From: Octopus vulgaris
Lineage: Eukaryota
DNA length: 64,000 bases
Assembly: GCA_951406725.2 (NCBI GenBank)
Contig: OX597827.1
Coordinates: forward strand, 71,362,001-71,426,000
Reading direction: 5' to 3'
Part shown: positions 1 to 13,442 of the stretch, piece by piece
Layout of the letters: each line of letters starts with the position of its first letter
How positions within the stretch are numbered: the first letter of the stretch is position 1
Position numbers and translations under genes: made by a program
The notes under the pieces: model-generated
The model's input: the letters and a program-made list of their open reading frames with translations, nothing else
Databases searched by the model: none
What the model was told of the DNA's origin: nothing

Positions 1-265
1 ATGGGTTGGATAGTTTGACTGAAAACTGGTAAGCTGCAGAGTGCTACGCCAGGTTCCAATCTGATTTGGCATGGTTTCTATGCCTGGATGCCCTTCCTGA
101 CGCCAACTGCTCCAAGAGTGTAGTGGGTGCTTCTTACGGGCCACCAGCACAGGTACCAGTTACGGACATAAAAATTGTTATATAAAATCGATTGCTACAA
201 ATGAATGGCTTGTGTTGCTCTTAGTATACATTCCTCATGGTTGCCATGAAGATCTCATATATATT

Positions 266-435
266 AGGAGTGGCTGTGCGGTAAGAAGCTTGCTAACGAA
301 CCACATGGTTCCAGGTTCAGTTCCACTGTGTGGCACCATGGGCAAGTGTCTTCTACTATAGCCTCGGGCCTACCAAAGCCTTGAGTGGATTCGGTAGACG
401 GAAACTGAAAGAAGCCCGTCGTATATATGTACATG

Positions 436-494
<59 letters not shown>

Positions 495-697
495 GTATGT
501 GTGTGTGTGTGTTTGTCCCCCCGACATCGCTTGACAACCGATGCTGGTGTGTTTATGTCCCCATAACTTAGCGGTTCGGCAAAAGAGACCAATAGAATAA
601 GTACTAGGCTTACAAAAAATAAATCCTGGGATCGATTTGCTCGAATAAAGCCGGTGCTCCAGCATGACCACAGTCAAATACTGAAACAAGTAAAAGA
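266..697 (+). mobile_element. tRNA-derived SINE family A, full-length copy with internal (CA/TA/TG)n tract
   Basis: A/B-box-like head tggctgtgcggtaag...ggttcagttcc and tail gactgaaacaagtaaaaga. Other copies at about 3689-4340(-), 11680-11880, 15662-16045(-), 23826-24100, 27290-27455, 29450-30380 (split), 34845-35183(-), 45610-46025(-) and 51988-52335(-). Confidence 0.85.
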
Positions 698-702
698 ACA
701 GA

Positions 703-742
<40 letters not shown>

Positions 743-1410
743 CATCATCACCATCATCATCATTTAACATCCGTTTTCCTTACTGGCATAAATTTGGCAG
801 TTTGGTAGGAGCTGGCAAGACCAGGGACTGCACCTGGTTCCATAGCTTGTTTTGGTATGGTTTCTACAGCTGGAAGCCCTTCACAATGCCAACCACTTTA
901 CAGAGTGTACTGGGTGCTTTGTACATGGCATTGAAATATCTCTGCAGTGAGAAGCAGGAAATATCACTTAAATCTGATAAAGAAAGGTAGGGGAGGCAAC
1001 TCTGAAATCACAACATGAGAATTATAACTGCAGTCAGGAGAAGTGCTTCCTTGTTAGAAGCAGCAGCCAAATTTCCCTCAAGGCACCACACCATCTTAAA
1101 AAAAAATAGGACAGGACACATTAAATAAGGTTCTTGCAGTTATATTCTTGAAAGACAAGCTGGTCACAGCTGGAATACTTTTGATCATTGTCACTGCATT
1201 GTATGTTTGAGCAAGTCGACTTGCACCCGTTTGCCAGGATACAAAACAAAAAAATGGTTTTTCACTCCTACTTCATGGTTCAGTGGTTAGTGATAAGGGA
1301 AAAAAACATGCAACCTGTAGGAGGAATTGATTCAGCAGAAACATCCCACCAATGAAGACACAAAGAAACGGATGTAAAATACCATCTCACAAATACACAT
1401 GTAAAGCAAA

Positions 1411-1626
1411 TACATACATATATATATACTTATATATACATATATATATACTCATATATACATATATATACATACATACTTATATATACATACATATATA
1501 TACATATATATATACATATATATACATATATATATACACATACATTTATATACATATATATACACATACATGTATACACATACATATATATACACATACA
1601 TATATACATATATATACATACATATA
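1411..1626. repeat. Long compound (TA/TACA)n microsatellite, representative of dozens in the window
   Basis: Read directly from the sequence. Confidence 0.95.
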
Positions 1627-4589
1627 ATATTCATCCTCATCATTGTTTAACGTCCGCTTTCCATGCTGGCAAGGGTTGGACAGTTTGACTGAGGACTGGA
1701 GAGCCAGATGGCTGCACCAGGCTCAAATCTGATCTGACAGTTTCTACAGCTTGATGCCCTTCCTAACGCCAACCACCCCGAGAGTGTAGTGGATGCTTTT
1801 ACATGCCACTGGCACAAGGGCCATTCAGACAGTACAGGCGACAGCCACGTTCAAATTGTGTTTTTTATGTGCCACCTGCACAGGAACCACTCCAGCGGCA
1901 TTGGCAATGATTTCACTCAGATGTTGTTTTTCACGTGCCAGTAAGATAATGCGGGTTACAATCACACTCGAATGGTGCATTTTATGTGCCACTGGCACGG
2001 GATCCAGTCAGTAGCCCTGGTAACGATCATGCTCAGTGTTTTTAACGTGCCACTGGCACAGATGCCAGTGAGGCAATTCTGTCATCGGCCACGTCAGCAA
2101 ATTTGATTTTCATTGTGATTTCACTTGCCTAAGACGCACCTAAGATGTTCCCCTCTGGGGTACAAGTCAGGGCCAAAAGTTGCGGAAATATTAATACATG
2201 CCTAAACAAATACACTCATGCATACATATATATATGTGTATATATATATATATAACGACGACGATGATGATGATGATATATATGTATGTATGTATGTACG
2301 TATGATCCCAAGTGGGATAGTCTTTACAATATTTATATTCATGTACAAAGATAAAACAATTGTTTTAACAGCTGGATATGCTTTTCCTGCCGGTAATTAC
2401 TCAACCGGTGAGTTAGGAGTGGAACCAGTTTCTCTCAGGAAAATAGCTAAAAGCAATCTTGTCAAGCTGTCCAATCCACGCTGGCATGGAACATGGGATA
2501 ACGACGATAATGATGATGAACCTGAAGTATAAATTTTTTTAAATAATCCTTTCTACTATAGTCGCAAAGTCTGAAATTACACATTTTCCATTGATATTGA
2601 AAATCAAAAACGAAATCGATCAACGTCAATGGAAATTGTAGCTGTGATACCAGTGCCAGTGGCATGTAAGAGAACCATCCAAACGTGGCTGTTGCCAGCC
2701 CCGCCCCAACTGGCCTCCGTGCCGGTGGCACGTAAAAGGCACCATCCGATTGTGGCCGTTTGCCAGCCTCATCTGGCACCTGTGCAGGTGGCATGTAAAA
2801 AGCACCCACTACACTCACGGAGTGGTTGGTGTTAGGAAGGGCATCCAGCTGTAGAAACACTGCCAGATCAGACTGGGCCTGGCGCAACCTTCTGGCTTCC
2901 CAGACCCCAGTTGAACCGTCCAACCCATGCTAGCATGGAAAACGGACGTTAAACGATGATGATGACATTCATACATATATAAACACATTCATACATATAT
3001 ACACAAACACGCACACACAGATACACACACATACATATATACACAAACACACACACATAAGGTTTGGAAGTGTCTGGTTAGCCTCATCTAATGCTCACCA
3101 ACTCCTTTCTATTCATCTCCTCGTCTGCATTACATTGGTCGTTTGTTACATTGTCAACACAGCATCCAGCTACTTGAATAAGATTCCCCGTTTCTTTCTA
3201 AAGGCTTTCTATGTGCGAAAGTATATGTGTGTGTATGTGTGTGTGTAGTTTAACAAAACCAGACACATACACACACACTACCACCCATCCCAATGTAGTT
3301 TAACATCTAATACAGTGCAATGTTTTTAATGCTGGGTACTTGCAAGGAGTTGAGCTGTTTTTTCTTTCTTTTTTTTTGTCTATAGCCCAATCATTCAACC
3401 ATGACCTAGGAGTGGTAACTGTAAACTAAGAACACCATAGACTACCATAAGAAATAAGAAATGTTTGGGATGGCATCTTGTATAATAAGAAAAGGTGCTG
3501 CAGACAGTCAGCCTAAGGAACAAAACCACAAATAAGAAACTGAAGAAATTCATACAGTGTATCCAAATGTAAACCATGGCTGTACAATAGATGCAGTGAA
3601 TAGGTGACTTAATTAAGGGTGAAGGAACTTGATCCCTAACTGTAGTAACCAAAGTAGGAACAGGATGGGATACTCTTTACCCTCTCTCTTATTCTTTTAC
3701 TTGTTTCAGTCATTTGACTGTGGCCATGCTGGAGCACCGCCTTTAGTCGAGCAAATCAACCCCAGGACTTATTCTGTGTATGCCTAGTACTTATTCTATC
3801 GGTCTCATTTGCTGAACCGCTAAGTTACAGGGACGTAAACACACCAGCATTGGTTGTCAAGCGATGTTGGGGGGGACGAACACAGACACACAAACATATA
3901 CACACACACATATATATATATCACCTGGCCTCCGTGCCGGTGGCACGTAAAAAGCACCATCCGAGCGTGGGTCGTCTGGCGCCTGTGTCGGTGGCACATA
4001 AAAAGCACCCACTACACTCAGAGTGGTTGGCATTAGGAAGGGCATCCAGCTGTAGAAACACTGCCAGATCTGACTGGGCCTGGTGCAGCCTTCGGGCTTC
4101 CCAGACCCCAGTTGAACCGTCCAACCCATGCTAGCATGGAAAGCGGACGTTAAACGATGATGATGATATATATACATATATGCGACGGGTTTCTTTCAGT
4201 TTCCGTCTACCAAATCCACTCACAAGGCTTTGGTCGGCCCAAAGCTATAGTAGAAGACACTTGCCCAAGGTGCCACGCAGTGGGACTGAACCCAGAATCA
4301 TGTGGTTCGCAAGCAAGTTACTTACCACACAGCCACTCCTACGCGATGAGAAAATGTTAGGAAGCTTTCACTTCTTACTTGCAACAAGGGTGTTTGCTTT
4401 TTTTCTTTTGGGGTGAAGGATAGGATGAGTGATACTTAGGTGTGAGGAACGATACTGATTGGTAGTGTATCATTGACACCGAATGTAGAGGATGTGTGAA
4501 AGCCAGAAAGAAACAAGTTATGTATGTCCTGCTGAATGTGAATTGTTTATGTGTGTGAATAGTGGTGAACAGTTACAGTGAGAGAAATA

Positions 4590-5102
4590 CAGTAAATCCT
4601 CGAGTATAATCTGCATTTTTCCCCAAAAAATTTAAAGGTCAAAATCCCTAGTGCGTACTATATACGAGGTTAAAAATGAAAAATATTTTCTAAGCAATGT
4701 CCGAGTCTCTATTTGCTGTCCAGCAATGTTTATTCAGACGCATTTTGTAATATCGTACGCGAAAATAATTTAAGCTAAGCCTGAAAGCAATGAAGTCCGA
4801 AAAGAATCATCCATAACTTGCAGTAAGCAACATTTATTAAACATTATTACTGCTATTTCTTTATTTTCTGCAAACAAAATGCACAAAAAAGCTACAAGTT
4901 TGCATTATGTTATATATACAATAATAATAAAGGACGTTACTGTATACATTTTTACAAACCAAAGACGTTATATAGACCTCCTTGACTCAAGTTAGAGAAG
5001 GGGTGCGTATTATACACAAGGTTTAGGTTTTTCAGAGGTACAGCCCCCTAAAAATCCCCTGCGTATTATATTCAAGGGCAGACTATACTCGAGGATTTAC
5101 GG
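4590..5102. mobile_element. pogo/Tc2-like (Tc1/mariner superfamily) MITE with TA TSD
   Basis: TA|cagtaaatcctcgagtataatctgc ... gcagactatactcgaggatttacgg|TA, with internal repeated tgcgta(t/c)tata motifs. Confidence 0.8.
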
Positions 5103-5399
5103 TATTGAGTATAAGATGAATCAGAAGGTGTTGTACCACAGAGAAGACTGAGCTGGTATGGAGGATGGCAGTTGGCTAAAGAAGTGCTTACTGATTCAAA
5201 TGGAAGAAAATTGTGGAAGAAGACTTGGGAAGACTTGGAAAAAAGTGGTGAAAGCTGATCTCAGTAGGTAGAACCTCATGGAGAAGAAGACAAATGAGAA
5301 CAACAAGTGGCAGGGATGTTGTACTGAAGAAGACTTGTCCAACCCATGCAAGCATGAGAAAATAGACAGAAATAATGATTACAATAGTAATAATGAGTT

Positions 5400-5760
5400 G
5401 GAGGCGCAATGGCACAATGGTTAGGGCAGCGGACTCGCGGTCATAGGATCGCAGTTTCGATTCCCAGACCAGGCGTTGTGAGTGTTTATTGAGCGAAAAC
5501 ACTTAAAGCCCCACGAGGCTCCGGCAGGGGATGGTGGTGATCCCTGCTGTACTCTTTCACCACAACTTTCTCTCACTCTTCCTTCCTGTTTCTGTTGTAC
5601 CTGTATTTCAAAGGGCCAGCCTTGTCACTCTCTGTGTCACGCTGAATATCCCCGAGAACTATGTTAAGGGTACACGTGTCTGTGGAGTGCTCAGCCACTT
5701 ACACGTTAATTTCACGAGCAGGCTGTTCCGTTGATTCGGATCGTAACCGACGGAGTGCTT
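5400..5760 (+). mobile_element. tRNA-derived SINE family C
   Basis: Head ggaggcgcaatggc..a.tggttagggcagcggactcg...gtttcgattccc. Related copies at about 14240-14415(-), 15110-15415(-), 16900-17225, 43490-43712(-) and 45040-45330. Confidence 0.8.
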
Positions 5761-7129
5761 CCACCACAATAATGAGTTACTGTCGGGCTCTTCCGTTGCT
5801 TCAACAAATAAGGGTTCAGTAAGACACAGCTGAACATGGCGTTGGTGTCTTAGTTTACTGAAACAACCTGCACAACATGTATAATGGGTATGGTCTGTAC
5901 AGGGCCGGTCCTATTCTCACATCCTTCAAATTCTTATTGGTCTGGTGCAACAAATATCACAAGCCAGGTAGTTATCAGGGTGTAGGAATTGTATGGGGTT
6001 ATCTTGTCTTAGATGAGCAGCTAAAAAGCTGAAAGGCATCATCTGCTCTGGGTTCATTGGGATATCCTTGAGTGACCCTCTTCCAGACCAATTCCATGAC
6101 ATGTCAATTAACCCTTTAGCATTCAGACTTCTTTGTGAAATTTATTGCTCATTTATTCCAACTGTTTTGAATTAATCACATATTATTTTACAACTTCAAA
6201 ATTTAAATGGTGTGGCTATGTATTTTTAAAATGACATTGTAGGGTAGGTGTGAGAGGTTGGATCCAGACAGTTTTAATATAAAACAGGTGGAATATTTGG
6301 GCCGGATATGGCCAGATTAAATGCTAAAGGGTTAATCCATAGCTAGAACCGTAACAGGTCCTAGTAATGGATTAATTACACATCGGGTGAAAGGCTTAGT
6401 GGTATTTCGTCTGCAGCTACGTTCTGAGTTCAAATTCCACCGAGGTCAACTTTGCCTTTCATCCTTTCGGGGTCGATAAATTAAGTACCCGTTACACACT
6501 GGGGTCGATGTAATCGACTTAATCCGTTTGTCTGTCCTTGTTTGCCCTCTCTGTGTTTAGCCGCTTGTGGGTAGTAAAGAAATAGGTATTTTGTCTGCCG
6601 CTACGTTCTGAGTTCAAATTCCGCCGAGGTCAACTTTGCCTTTCATCCTTTTGGGGTCGATAAATTAAGTACCAGTTACACACTGGGATTGATGTAATCG
6701 ATTTAATTCGTTTGTCTATCCCTGTTTGTCCCCTCTATGTTTAGCCCCTTGTGGGCAATAATAAAAAAAATATGGATTTTTAAGAAAGTTATGGGGAAAC
6801 AAATTTGGAAGAGGGGATGCGCTTTGAATCATTTAAAATTCTTTCCGAAGACCAGAAATTATGTAACTAACTTTTTATTGTGTTAATAATATTGACATAA
6901 AGACTATCTCTAGACAATAAAATTTGTTTTAACACACGAATTCACATGAAGAATATCGCAAATCAGATACAAAAACGAAGCAGAATAGATTCTAGGGGGT
7001 GTGAGGTGGGGAATGAATGTAATTTTTATCATTAACAAAGCAAAACCACATCGGAGTAAAAATAATTTGAGAAAATTCTGGTAGGTGGAAGGATTAAAGA
7101 AAAAATCCCACACTTCAGTTGTTATACTT

Positions 7130-7367
7130 GGTACTATTTAAGAAGAGTGGTCCCGGTGCGCGCACTCGCGTACTCGCGCAAGCTAGTCGTGACTAGTCGA
7201 TCCTACAAAGACTACCTAGCAAAGTAAATAAAACACAAAATAAATAATTTTTTAAAAATAAAGTAAATAAAACAAAAACAAAGTAAGGATCGACTAGTCA
7301 CGACTAGCTAGCGCGGATGCGAGGGTACGCGAGTGCAGCACCGGGACCACTCTTCTTAAATAGTTCC
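7130..7367. mobile_element. MITE with ~75 bp CpG-rich TIRs and GG...CC ends
   Basis: ggtactatttaagaagagtggtcccggtgc... / ...gcaccgggaccactcttcttaaatagttcc. Flanks gttatactt / gttgtaccc may be a decayed TSD. Confidence 0.75.
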
Positions 7368-8780
7368 GTTGTACCCAAAGACACCATAATTATGCTAGCT
7401 GGCAGAATTGTTAGCGCGTCGGACAAAATGCTTAGCGACATTTCATTTGACTCTGTACGTTCTGAATTCAAATTCCGCCGAGGTCAACTTTGGTTTTCAA
7501 CCTCCCGAGGTCGATAAAATCAGTACCAGTTGAATACTGGGGTTGATGTGATCGACTAGGCCCTTCCCCAAAATTGCAGGTCTTGTGCCAAAATTAGAAT
7601 TATTATGCGAGGTGACAGAATCGTAACCACGCCGGACGAAATGCTTAAAGACATTTCCTCCGTTGTCGAGATCGACTTTACCTTTCATCCTTTCGAGATC
7701 GATTAAGTAATGCACTAATTGAGCAGTGGGGTCAATGTACTCAACTAACCCCTACTCCTACACCTAAAGTTCCAGGCTTTTTGAGAAAATTTGAAATCAT
7801 CCTTATTATACACTTTTATGTAGAACTTTCACTTTTCAAATTAGTCTCATTTTAGAAAGTGAAAGAACCCTATATTTCATTGATCCGAGGACACTTTTAT
7901 CATTTTGCTCATAGGTATTGTCAAGAGGTGAGTTGGTACAAGGCGGCGACCTCAAATTGATATGAAAAGGGGTGGGCCACAAATTCATAAGGCTAAATCT
8001 ATAAGAAACGAATGACTTCTTGTATTTATATTTCTGGTACTTTGGCGGCACTTTTGGAATAGCTGTCCCACCACAGACGTTGGAATTTATCCATTTTGGT
8101 CGTGAATTTTTTTTTTTTTTTGTATCATACACATTTCAAGGACAGACGTTTAAAAAAGCACGGATTACTTTCTTTTATTAATTTCTTTTTAACGTTTCCC
8201 CCCATTGTGTTGAAATATGTAGTAGAAAAATAAAATGGGAAAAGTTCCAACCAAAAAGAGAAAAACGGAAAAATTCCAACAAAAAAGGGAAAATTTCCAA
8301 AACTAATGTGGGATAACAATTCCGAAAGACTGGTGCTTTTTTTAAAAATCTTTTCATTTTCATTTCGTTATGAAACTCACAATATAGAAAAGATATGGTA
8401 ATAAGTACTTGAAAGCAAATTTAATCGGTACTCTACCGTCTGTCACTTCCCTTTGTTGCCAGAATTCTGTTGGAATACATTGCTTTTGTTTCCAATTAAT
8501 TTGAAAATAATGAAGAATTTAATAAAATTGCTTTGTTATTGTAAGAAATGTTAAGGATTTAACTTACAAAATATTTTAAATAAGTTCGTATTATATGATC
8601 AGGAGTATAGGTTAGTACCAAAATGGTGAAGTTTATATAGACTACAGTAGTAGTTGAAAGCGCTAATATGAAGAAATAATATGTGATATGTAAATAAATA
8701 TATATTTTTACAACCATCCAGCATTCTGGACACCTTTTTTCCTTATGTATTAAATCTGTACATCACCCCCAATACTTCTA

Positions 8781-8834
<54 letters not shown>

Positions 8835-9264
8835 TAAACATCCCTAAAAAATAACAGCAAAATCTCCCTTAAAATTTATATCCTATCAGTTTAAGATATG
8901 CAGAAAGTTTGGGATGGTCAAGTCTGGAAAGCCTGGCCTGCTCGGATCAGAGTTGTCCCGGGGCTTGATAACAACCATAACAAATACCAAACGAATCACA
9001 TGTATACACAAGTCAAAGAGTGCATAGGATGACACGGTTCTCTCAGCCTGGGTCTGCTCGATTTTAGGCGGACAAAAGCGACGAGTGAAATTACTAACCT
9101 TATTCTATGTCCGTCTCGTGACGATTCTGCTGCTGATTCGTCCCATATCATGTACATGGAACCGCGATTTCCCAGAGTATAATGAAAGAATGTTTGTTTT
9201 AATTGTCCCGAAGGAAGGAACGAAGTTTATCAAGAACCTGTCACGTGCTGTGACTGGCAAACAC

Positions 9265-9512
9265 AGAAAGTACCAACTAATCGAGCCACCAGTCGGTAAA
9301 TACAAAAGTACCAACTAATCGAGCCATCACTCGGTAAATACAAAAGTAGAAACTAATCGAGCCATCAGTCGGTAAATACAAAAGTACCAACTAATCGAGC
9401 CATCAGTCGGTAAATACAAAAAGTAGAAACTAATCGAGCCATCAGTCAGCAACTGCGAAAGTACCAACTAATCGAGCTGTCAGTCAGCAAGTACAAAAGT
9501 GGAAACTAATCA
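9265..9512 (+). repeat. 38-bp minisatellite, about 6.5 copies
   Basis: Unit aaagtaccaactaatcgagccatcagtcggtaaataca, period 38 (9271, 9309, 9347, 9385, then 9424, 9462, 9500). Confidence 0.92.
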
Positions 9513-9592
9513 AATGCCTTTAATGATTGATATAACTTGAGAATACTTGCGTAGTTTCGTAAAAATGTTTTTCATTTTCTATCTCTTATAAA

Positions 9593-9866
9593 CTGTTGTG
9601 TCTGGGGAGAGTCATTTTCTTTTTGTGCCTTATAATGTAACACACTCACCGGTAAAATTTCTACTTTTTCCTTATTTTTATTTTCCTAATATTTTCGTTG
9701 CGCCTTGCAACCTTTTCAATAGTCTTGACTCTCAATTGAAAAGGTTGCAAGACGCAACGAAATTTTTAGGAAAATAAAAATAAAGGAAAAAAAAGTGGAA
9801 ATTTTACCGGTGAATGTATTAAATTATAAGGCACATGAAGAAAATGACTCTCTCCAGACACAACAG
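9593..9866. repeat. Long palindrome, ~130 bp arms with ~14 bp spacer
   Basis: ctgttgtgtctggggagagtcattttc...ttttcaat / attgaaaa...gaaaatgactctctccagacacaacag. Confidence 0.9.
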
Positions 9867-12800
9867 AATATGCTTCAACACACGAACTCACATAAAGAAT
9901 CTTGCAAACCAAATCCAAAAACGAAATATCTCTTATAAAGTAATTGCTTCTAAGACAATCACAAAGCCCTGCAATTTTAAGCAGAGGAAGAGTTAGTTGT
10001 TTACATCGATTATCTATTACTTAACTAATCCTTTGTTGAGCTCGAAAGAGTAAATGACAAAAACTGACCATGGGGAGATTTGAACTCGTAACATAAGAAA
10101 CAGGTTACAAATACGGCAAAGCATTTTTGCCCGATGCTGTTACGACTCTGCCAATCCATGTCAACTTTTAAATAATAGGCATCATAATCTAAAGAAGCGG
10201 TTAGTTAATTAAAGCCATCATCAAACTTTGACTGACTCTCGACCCCAGAAGATAAAAAGCGACGTTGATCTTAACAGGATTTGAACTCAGAACGCAAAGG
10301 ACTAATTTCGATTTCTAACATAGTGAAATTTTGAGATTGGTATACTACACAGTTTCTTGTAAGGGTTGCGGGGACTATGCGGATTGAAAATAGAAAATGC
10401 TGACAAGTTGGCACTTTTAATAAAAAAAGTGGTTTCGAACTTCTTAAACTTGCCTATCACCATGATGAAAGCAAATGAGAGCAAACTTTATTAGGGAGAT
10501 GTATTTGTCTAGCAATTTTTCGGAGAACGTGTGTTTAAACTGAAACGATTACAGAGTGGAAGACATATTAGCCATTCAATAATCTTTTCTACTCTAAATA
10601 CAAGCACCGAAATTTTGGGGGAAGGGCAGTCGATTAGATCGCCTCCAGTATGCAACTGGTACTTAATTCATCGACCCCGAAAGGATGAAAGGCAAAGTCG
10701 ACTTCCACGGAATTTGAACTCAGAACGTAAAAACAAACGAAATACCACTAAGTATTTCGCCCGGCGTGCTGACGATTCTTATTTCTTTATTGCCCGCAAG
10801 AGGCTAAACATAGAGGGAACAAACAAGGACAGACAAAGGGATGAAGTCGATTACATCGACCCCAGCGCGTAACTGGTACTTAATTTATCGATCCCAAAAG
10901 GATGAAAGGCAAAGTCGACATCGACGGAATTTGAACTCAGACCGTAGCGGCAGACGAAATACCGCGAGGCATTTCGCCCGGCGTGCTAACGTTTCTGCCA
11001 GCTCGCCGCCTTATCCAATAATAAACAAATACTGTCAGCTACACTTAAACATTTATTTGGTGTCAAATTTTCGTCGCACCAACTGCGACCTGGTCACAGA
11101 CACACTTCAACGCCTGCGAGCAGCAACAAGTTTACCCTAATATTTTGGGAACGATGGAGAGTTGGGGTTGACTGGCATTTCTCAGATTGAGAAATTAGTT
11201 ACAGTCAACTAATTCAAAATAAATTAATACAAGCAGTCCTCACTTAACGACATTTCGTTTGATGTCGATATAAAACAATATAAAACGAAAATAAAATTTC
11301 GCCAAGTGAACACCATTCAAAATGAATTTTAGTTTGGTTTCCTTTCTTTTGTAACTTGTTGCGTTTGCAATCCGGCAAAAAAAATGTTAAGCCAACAAAT
11401 GAATGAAAAATGATGGATTATAATACTTATTATTGGTTTTGTTTTGTTTTTAAATATCTTTCGTTTTACGAACATCGGCTAAAATATAGGGTTGTTAGAT
11501 AAATTGGGTTTTTTTTTTCTTCTACTTGACATTCCATTGTCTCTATGTCTGAAAAGATATAAAATTTATCCAAATTTCAAAAACAGTAAACAAAAGTTGT
11601 AGAGGAAGAACAGAGATACATAGAAGAAAAAGAGACATTACGATAAAAATATCTTTCGTGTTAATTCAACTAACAGGTGCAGGTGTGGCTGTGTGGTAAG
11701 AAGCACGGTTCTGGGTTCAGTCCCACTGTGTGGCACCTTGGGCAAGTGTGTTCTACTATAGCCTCGGCCCGACCAAAGCCTTGTGAGTGGATTTGGTAGA
11801 CGGAAACTGAAAGAAGACCTTCATATATATGTATATATCTACGTATGTGTGTTTCTGTGTTTGTTCACCACCACCGCAACACTGGTTTCTTTCGTTGATC
11901 GTCTTGTAAAATCAGTTTCGCTTTACGTCGTTTCATTTTATGTCGCACGTCTCAAGAAACTGTCAATGACCTTAAGCGAAGTTGATCGTACTTTAATTTA
12001 CGTCGGAAGGACGAACGGCAAAGTTGACGCCAGCGGGACTTGAATTCCAAATTCTTAACTAAATACCACATGGCATTTTGTCCAACACTCTAGTGCAGTG
12101 TTTCTTAACAATTTTTTTACTTATGGGCCTACTATCGTAGCTGGAGATGGGGGCATCCCGGATGGCATTTTTATAGGGGCGGCACACACTCTAGCTATGC
12201 TAGTGTATGAGCCCCTTGGACTTTTATTTTACTTGGAAGAACCCTCAACCATTGCTTTAGTGCTTTTCATCACATCTTCTTCATCCACTTGTTCTTGGGG
12301 GGGGAACAGAGTCCTGAAACACGCCTTTCGTCGGGCCCTGTCTGAAGCAACCGTCCTCAATCGATCCAGATGGATCCCCAAGTGACACCGAACCGAATTC
12401 ATTGATGTTATTCAACCGTCTTGCTCGTGGCCTACCCCTGGGACTCCTGCCGTTTGGTTTTGTCCGTAAAACCTGTCCAGTGATTTTCCCCCCGAGACAT
12501 TCTCAACCCCTAGCGCTCCCTTTTCAGAAGTTTCTTCGAAACCCCGTGTTTTCAACAACAGAGACTACATTTTTTTGCTTGTTTGTTAAAGAGGAGCCCT
12601 CACAGATTTTGAATACCCCTTAAAAGAAAGGAAGACATGTTTTGCGGAGTTAAAAGTAAGTTTTATGAATTCTATTAATACAAATGATAAATATTTAATA
12701 TCTTTAGATAATTTTTCGCAACCATCATTACAAATAATACACGGATCTAATATTTTTTAATAATTGTCGAAATTCATCGCTAGGAAAGGTATAGCGCCTC

Positions 12801-13029
12801 TTAAATTCAATTAAATAATAATCTAATTGTGTGTAATGAGAGTCAGGGCCGGATTAAGACTCATAGTGGCCCTAAGCACTTAAAGGATTTGGGTGTTCGA
12901 ATATACAAGGTGCGATGGGTAAATTATCGTTTTGTATTTTTAAATTCGCGCATGTGTATTGTTTGATTTTGATTTTGGTGACTACACAGTATGGTAGAGT
13001 CAGTTGGAGACCGTCTGTGAGAAAAACAA

Positions 13030-13442
13030 CACCATGACGCAATCCACTCGGCCAGAAACTTGGAAACGACATGCTGCACTGCTTAGCATTCGTGCCAGAA
13101 GCTCTTATACGAACATTTCAAAGCGTTTGGGTGTCAACCTGAGGACATGCACCGAGAGTGATAAAAATGAAACATCCAGTCAATATCATGGTGTTTGGAG
13201 TGATCACTAGTGATGGCGACGTTATATCTCCATTCATCTTCCCACGAATGCTTACATCAAGTGCCTGGAAGAGATAGTGCTGCCCTGAGTCAAGAGGGTG
13301 GCTGCTGGAAGACCCTATATCAAGCAATAGGACTCTGCACCATGTCACACAAGCAGGAGAACCCAGTCATGACTCGAACAATTTCTGTGGCCACATCACC
13401 CCTAATATCTGGCCCCCTAACTCCCCAGACTGCAACCCTCTT
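13030..13442 (+). mobile_element. Internally deleted Tc1/mariner-superfamily transposase remnant
   Basis: KHPVNIMVFGVITSDGDV, DSAPCHTSRRTQ and WPPNSPDCNPL motifs across frameshifts. Confidence 0.8.

Noticed and set aside
264-770. 168-aa ORF and many similar 60-216 aa ORFs (for example 15952-16515 and 33946-34596)
   Set aside because: They are translations of SINE and microsatellite sequence. The same peptides recur at every repeat copy.
7918-7936. Apparent 13-nt plus-strand microexon (ctcatAG|gtattgtcaagag|GTGAGT)
   Set aside because: No plus-strand host gene was identified, so it may be chance.
9265-9512. CRISPR-like regular repeats (also 32112-32420 and the family D modules)
   Set aside because: The two minisatellites are contiguous tandem copies without unique spacers, the family D modules sit inside a retroposon, there are no cas genes, and the context is eukaryotic.
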